DNA from: Candidatus Hermodarchaeum yapensis
GTDB lineage: Archaea; Asgardarchaeota; Hermodarchaeia; Hermodarchaeales; Hermodarchaeaceae
Reading direction: 5' to 3'
NCBI GenBank assembly: GCA_016840405.1
Contig: JAEOSK010000041.1
Coordinates: forward strand, 1 to 23,435
DNA length: 23,435 bases
Made by a program: the position numbers and the translations under genes. Below, in pieces: positions 15,608-23,435 of this stretch. The first letter of the stretch is position 1; every line of letters begins with the position of its first letter. The notes below the pieces were generated by a model that did no database searches, was not told where the DNA came from, and worked only from the letters and a program-made list of their open reading frames with translations.

Positions 15608-15820
15608 GCAGACGGTCTGCTTCGCTGGAGCGACGGCTGGTTTGGCGCCGCATGTTTCTGCCTGGGCAAAATTGCTAATGAGACGATGTTCCCGTTCTGC
15701 TTCATAGGACACAGGGTTCCAAGTCTTCTCGTGCGGGCTTAAGCTATATGGGCTCATTGGAAGCATGGTGCCGTCTGGTGAGGGAAAAATAGCCGTCGTA
15801 AATTGAGCAGTTTCGTTGCT
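15608..15820 (+). promoter_or_regulatory. Highly structured non-coding leader (or ncRNA) upstream of rpoB, downstream of a TATA-like CCTTAAAAAG at about 15571
   Basis: Nested stems 15630-15639/15790-15799, 15644-15658/15760-15772, 15677-15682/15753-15758, 15691-15695/15733-15737; no credible protein in any frame. Confidence 0.55.
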
Positions 15821-15831
15821 GAGGGTAGAAT

Positions 15832-18800
15832 ATGGCAATTTCGTCTGAAGACCGTTGGGCAGTTATGAAATCCTTTTTTATATCAAAGGGGTTAGTCCGG
15901 CAACATCTCGATTCTTATAATGACTTTGTTGAAAGGCGTATTCAACGTATTATAAGTGATGTAGGAAAAATCGAGCCTGATATTCCGAATTATTATGTCC
16001 GTCTAGGAAGGGTAGAAATTCAGAATCCTTCAGTTCGTGAAGCGGATGGTTCGGTTCGTAATATTGCTCCTGCTGAGGCGCGAATCCGGAATCTTACGTA
16101 TTCTTCCCCCATTTATCTTGAAATGACACCCGTATATCGAGATGAAAAAACAGGGATGGAATATGATGAAGAGACCACAAGCGTATATGTGGGTCGACTT
16201 CCCATCATGCTCAAATCCGCGTTTTGTCGACTCGCAGCAATGACGCCTGAGGAATTAGTTGAAGCCGGTGAAGATCCAAGAGACCCCGGAGGATATTTCA
16301 TAATTAACGGATCTGAACGCGTGTTGGTAACACAAGAAGATTTAGCGCCCAATCGGATTCTTATCGAGGAGGCTACGAGTAGTAGTTCTTGTACGCATAT
16401 GGCTAAGGTCTTTTCAACCGCTCGCGGCTTCCGTGCTCCTGTGACGATGGAACGCCGTGCTGATCATACCTTCCGGGTTTCTTTTCCGTCAGTCCCAGGA
16501 AAGATTCCACTCGTCGTGTTAATGCGTGCACTTGGATTAGTCACTGATCGGGACGTGGTCACAGCAATAACAGATGATCCCGAACTAGGCCAGGAATTAA
16601 TCCCCAGCTTCCACGCTGCCGAGTCCTTGGTAGTTCCTAAAGACTCCAAAGCCACTCAGGAAAACGCCTTGGATTATATTGGGAAGCGTGTAGCAGTGGG
16701 TCAAACGAAGGATTATCGTTTACGACGTGCACAACAAGTCCTAAACAGATATCTGCTTCCTCACATCGGAACGGATGACGGCGCTGCAGTCGCAAAGGCC
16801 CATTATATTGGGCAAATGACTCAACGCCTTTTGGAACTGAGCGTTGACCGCCGTGAACAGGATGACAAAGATCATTATTCGAATAAACGGTTGAAACTTG
16901 CAGGTGACCTTCTTACAAGTCTTTTCCGTGTAGCCTTTCTGAATCTCTGTCGTGATATTAAATACCAGCTAGAGCGAACGGCAACAAGGGGACGGAAACC
17001 CAATATCAAAACTGCAGTCCGTGCTGATGTAATAACCGAACGGTTACGACATGCATTAGCGACTGGGAACTGGGTTGGCGGAAAAGCTGGTGTTAGCCAG
17101 CTACTTGATCGTGTTAATTACATGTCCTCGATGAGCCATCTTCGTCGTGTGGTTTCTCCACTAAGCCGAAGTCAACCACACTTCGAAGCCCGTGACCTCC
17201 ATCCCACACATTGGGGGAAAATCTGCCCCAATGAAACCCCTGAAGGTCCAAACTGTGGTCTCGTCAAAAACCTCGCATTAATGTCATACATCTCTGTAGG
17301 GTCTGATGAAGCAGAGGTTGAAGAAGTTCTTCTTACGCTGAAAATCCAGCCTATTGGTGCGAAAACCAGTAAGGATCAAAAGGGAACTTATGTCTATTTG
17401 AATGGACGGTTTGTAGGGACTCATCATCAGCCTGAATTATTAGTTACTCGGATACGTGATAGACGACAGAGAAATGAGCTAAATGATCAAGTAAATCTTG
17501 CTTTCTATCCTGATACAAACGAAGTCCAAATTAATTCGGATGCAGGGCGTGTTCGCCGTCCACTGATTATTGTCAAAGATGGGCTTCCTCTACTTGAGAA
17601 GCAACATGTTGAACGGGTTCGCAACCGTGAACTAGCATGGGATGATCTGGTAAAAGCCGGCATCATTGAATATCTCGATGCCGAAGAAGAAGAAAACACC
17701 CTAATCGCAATGAATCTACCAGATTTAACACCGGAGCACACGCATCTTGAGTTAGTTCCAGAAACAATTCTTGGAATATCAGCGAGCCTGGTTCCCTTTG
17801 CCGAACATAACCAGTCACCTCGAAATACCTACGAAGCAGGGATGGCAAAACAAGCTCTTGGACTTTATTCCGCTAATTTCAGTCTACGCGTTGATACTCG
17901 TAGTCATCTCCTCCACTATGTCCAAAGTCCAATAGTCACAACAAGACCTATGGAAGTAATAGGATATCATCGCCGACCAGCTGGTCAAAACTTCATTGTT
18001 GCTATCCACTCGTTTCAAGGCTATAATATCGAAGACGCATTAGTAATCAATAAGGCATCTATTGAACGAGGTATTGCCCGGTCCTCATTCTTCCGCTGTT
18101 ATGATGCAGAAGAACGCAAATACCCTGGTGGACAAGAGGACAAATTTGAAATTCCTAGTCGCGAGGTTCGTGGTTACCGCGCGTCAGAAGCATATCGATT
18201 ACTCAGTGAAGATGGAATTATTGAACCTGAATTTCAGGTTGGTGGAGACGAAATTCTCATTGGGCGAACTAGTCCGCCTCGGTTTCTAGAAGAATATACT
18301 GAACTCGAAGTTCCCGGGCCTAAACGTCGAGAGACCTCTGTCAGTTTACGTCATGGTGAACAGGGAACTATCGACAAAGTCCTTATCACCGAAACCATCG
18401 ATGGGAATCGCCTTGTAAAAGTAAAGGTCCGTGATGAACGAATTCCCGAACTTGGTGACAAATTTGCCAGCCGTCATGGTCAGAAAGGTGTTATCGGTCT
18501 CCTAGCACCCCAAGAAGATATGCCCTTCACAGAGACTGGTGTGGTCCCGGATCTAGTAGTGAACGCTCATGCCTTTCCAAGTCGAATGACGCTTGGTCAA
18601 ATCCTCGAATCAATGAGCGGAAAAATCGGCTGTCTTCAAGGTCAACCAATTGATGCAACACCTTTCTCAGGTAAGAAACTTGAAGCCATGTTTCAAGAAC
18701 TTCACGAATTGGGCTTCAAATATAGTGGTCGAGAAACCATGTATAATGGTGTAACCGGTCACAAATACGATGTTGATCTCTTTGTTGGTGTCGTTTATTA

Positions 18801-19194
18801 TCAAAAACTTCACCACTTGGTTGCCGATAAGATGCATGCAAGGGCACGTGGACCAGTCCAAATTCTGACACGCCAACCAACCGAAGGGCGTGCTCGAGAA
18901 GGAGGATTACGCTTTGGCGAAATGGAGCGGGACTGTCTTATCGGTCACGGAGCTGCGCTTCTCTTACGTGAAAGGCTCTTGGAAGAATCGGATAAATACA
19001 CAGCGATGGTCTGCGAAGACTGCGGTATGCTCGCTGAATATGACCGTAACCGAGATCGTTACCGATGTCGTGTTTGTGCACCCCAAACAACTACCATTAG
19101 TAAAGTTGAGATGTCGTATGCTTTCAAACTCGTCCTTCAGGAACTCATGTCGCTAGGTATCTGGCCGCGCCTGAAATTAGCAGATCGAACATAA
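15832..19194 (+). CDS. rpoB: DNA-directed RNA polymerase subunit B (Rpo2, unsplit)
   Basis: GYFIINGSERV, ETPEGPNCGLVKNL, GDKFASRHGQKG, RFGEMERD, C-terminal zinc motif. Confidence 0.99.
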   Translation: MAISSEDRWAVMKSFFISKGLVRQHLDSYNDFVERRIQRIISDVGKIEPDIPNYYVRLGRVEIQNPSVREADGSVRNIAPAEARIRNLTYSSPIYLEMTPVYRDEKTGMEYDEETTSVYVGRLPIMLKSAFCRLAAMTPEELVEAGEDPRDPGGYFIINGSERVLVTQEDLAPNRILIEEATSSSSCTHMAKVFSTARGFRAPVTMERRADHTFRVSFPSVPGKIPLVVLMRALGLVTDRDVVTAITDDPELGQELIPSFHAAESLVVPKDSKATQENALDYIGKRVAVGQTKDYRLRRAQQVLNRYLLPHIGTDDGAAVAKAHYIGQMTQRLLELSVDRREQDDKDHYSNKRLKLAGDLLTSLFRVAFLNLCRDIKYQLERTATRGRKPNIKTAVRADVITERLRHALATGNWVGGKAGVSQLLDRVNYMSSMSHLRRVVSPLSRSQPHFEARDLHPTHWGKICPNETPEGPNCGLVKNLALMSYISVGSDEAEVEEVLLTLKIQPIGAKTSKDQKGTYVYLNGRFVGTHHQPELLVTRIRDRRQRNELNDQVNLAFYPDTNEVQINSDAGRVRRPLIIVKDGLPLLEKQHVERVRNRELAWDDLVKAGIIEYLDAEEEENTLIAMNLPDLTPEHTHLELVPETILGISASLVPFAEHNQSPRNTYEAGMAKQALGLYSANFSLRVDTRSHLLHYVQSPIVTTRPMEVIGYHRRPAGQNFIVAIHSFQGYNIEDALVINKASIERGIARSSFFRCYDAEERKYPGGQEDKFEIPSREVRGYRASEAYRLLSEDGIIEPEFQVGGDEILIGRTSPPRFLEEYTELEVPGPKRRETSVSLRHGEQGTIDKVLITETIDGNRLVKVKVRDERIPELGDKFASRHGQKGVIGLLAPQEDMPFTETGVVPDLVVNAHAFPSRMTLGQILESMSGKIGCLQGQPIDATPFSGKKLEAMFQELHELGFKYSGRETMYNGVTGHKYDVDLFVGVVYYQKLHHLVADKMHARARGPVQILTRQPTEGRAREGGLRFGEMERDCLIGHGAALLLRERLLEESDKYTAMVCEDCGMLAEYDRNRDRYRCRVCAPQTTTISKVEMSYAFKLVLQELMSLGIWPRLKLADRT

Positions 19195-19219
19195 TGATTT
19201 AGAATAGGAGGTAATTACA

Positions 19220-23082
<3,863 letters not shown>

Positions 23083-23285
23083 CAATACTCTTGGTGAAAC
23101 ATTTTGCCAAAAAAGTACATTTTTCCAGATTTTTTTAATATGCTGTGCATAGGACTTAAAAGGGATTATTGGAATTCAGCTCGTCTCACAACCAGCTTCC
23201 GTAGCCCTTATATGCGACGGTGTGCTGCAACCTTCGTTGCATGATGCATTGCGATAAAGAAACATGATCTAAAGAGTGATTTTTA

Positions 23286-23435
23286 ATGGATGCCGAAACT
23301 GCAATCCGATTAGCTGTGAAGTCAGGAAAAACTATGTTTGGTGCAAAACGGACTCTACATTTACTTCGAACAGGGTCACCACGTGTTGTGATATTAGCTG
23401 CAAATGCACCAACCCAACTAGTCAACGAAGTTGAT
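23286..23435 (+). CDS. rpl30e: 50S ribosomal protein L30e (partial, runs off the window)
   Basis: MDAETAIRLAVKSGKTMFGAKRTLHLLRTGSPRVVILAANAP; conserved position after rpoA2. Confidence 0.92.
   Translation, partial: MDAETAIRLAVKSGKTMFGAKRTLHLLRTGSPRVVILAANAPTQLVNEVD

Noticed and set aside
15527-15838. ORFs 15557-15742 (+) and 15527-15838 (-) as rpoH or a leader peptide
   Set aside because: No Rpo5 motifs, atypical composition, and the region is better explained as structured RNA.
23083-23285. 200-nt rpoA2-rpl30e spacer with hairpin TGCAAC/GTTGCA as an L30e autoregulatory element
   Set aside because: Only one short stem and no convincing K-turn; AT-rich boxes suggest an ordinary internal promoter.

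Overview
Archaeal chromosomal window, most consistent with an Asgard/TACK-type genome (unsplit RpoB, split RpoA'/A'', IP(S/G)FP-type C-terminal membrane anchor, tandem-wHTH AsnC regulator); the lineage is an inference. The right third is the core rpoB-rpoA1-rpoA2-rpl30e operon. rpoH is absent from its usual place, a ~220-nt structured leader sits there instead, and rpoA1 appears to need a non-AUG start. The left two thirds is a dispersed tRNA region: seven intact CCA-encoding tRNA genes plus one 5'-defective tRNA-Leu copy. Together they carry nine BHB-type introns, including a triple-intron tRNA-Met and a tRNA-Leu that can only be assembled with an intron at position 8/9. A tRNA splicing endonuclease subunit and accessory genes are interleaved. 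Three TnpB/omegaRNA-related items are present: (i) an intact, transposase-free TnpB/Cas12f-like nuclease just behind tRNA-Thr(GGT), followed by a ~200-nt structured RNA whose guide-position sequence is the 3' end of a tRNA-Thr (best candidate for an undescribed system); (ii) an orphan omegaRNA whose end supplies the rpiA stop codon; (iii) an IS1341-type tnpB with a nonsense codon at codon 3. All structures and alignments were derived by eye; no database searches were run.
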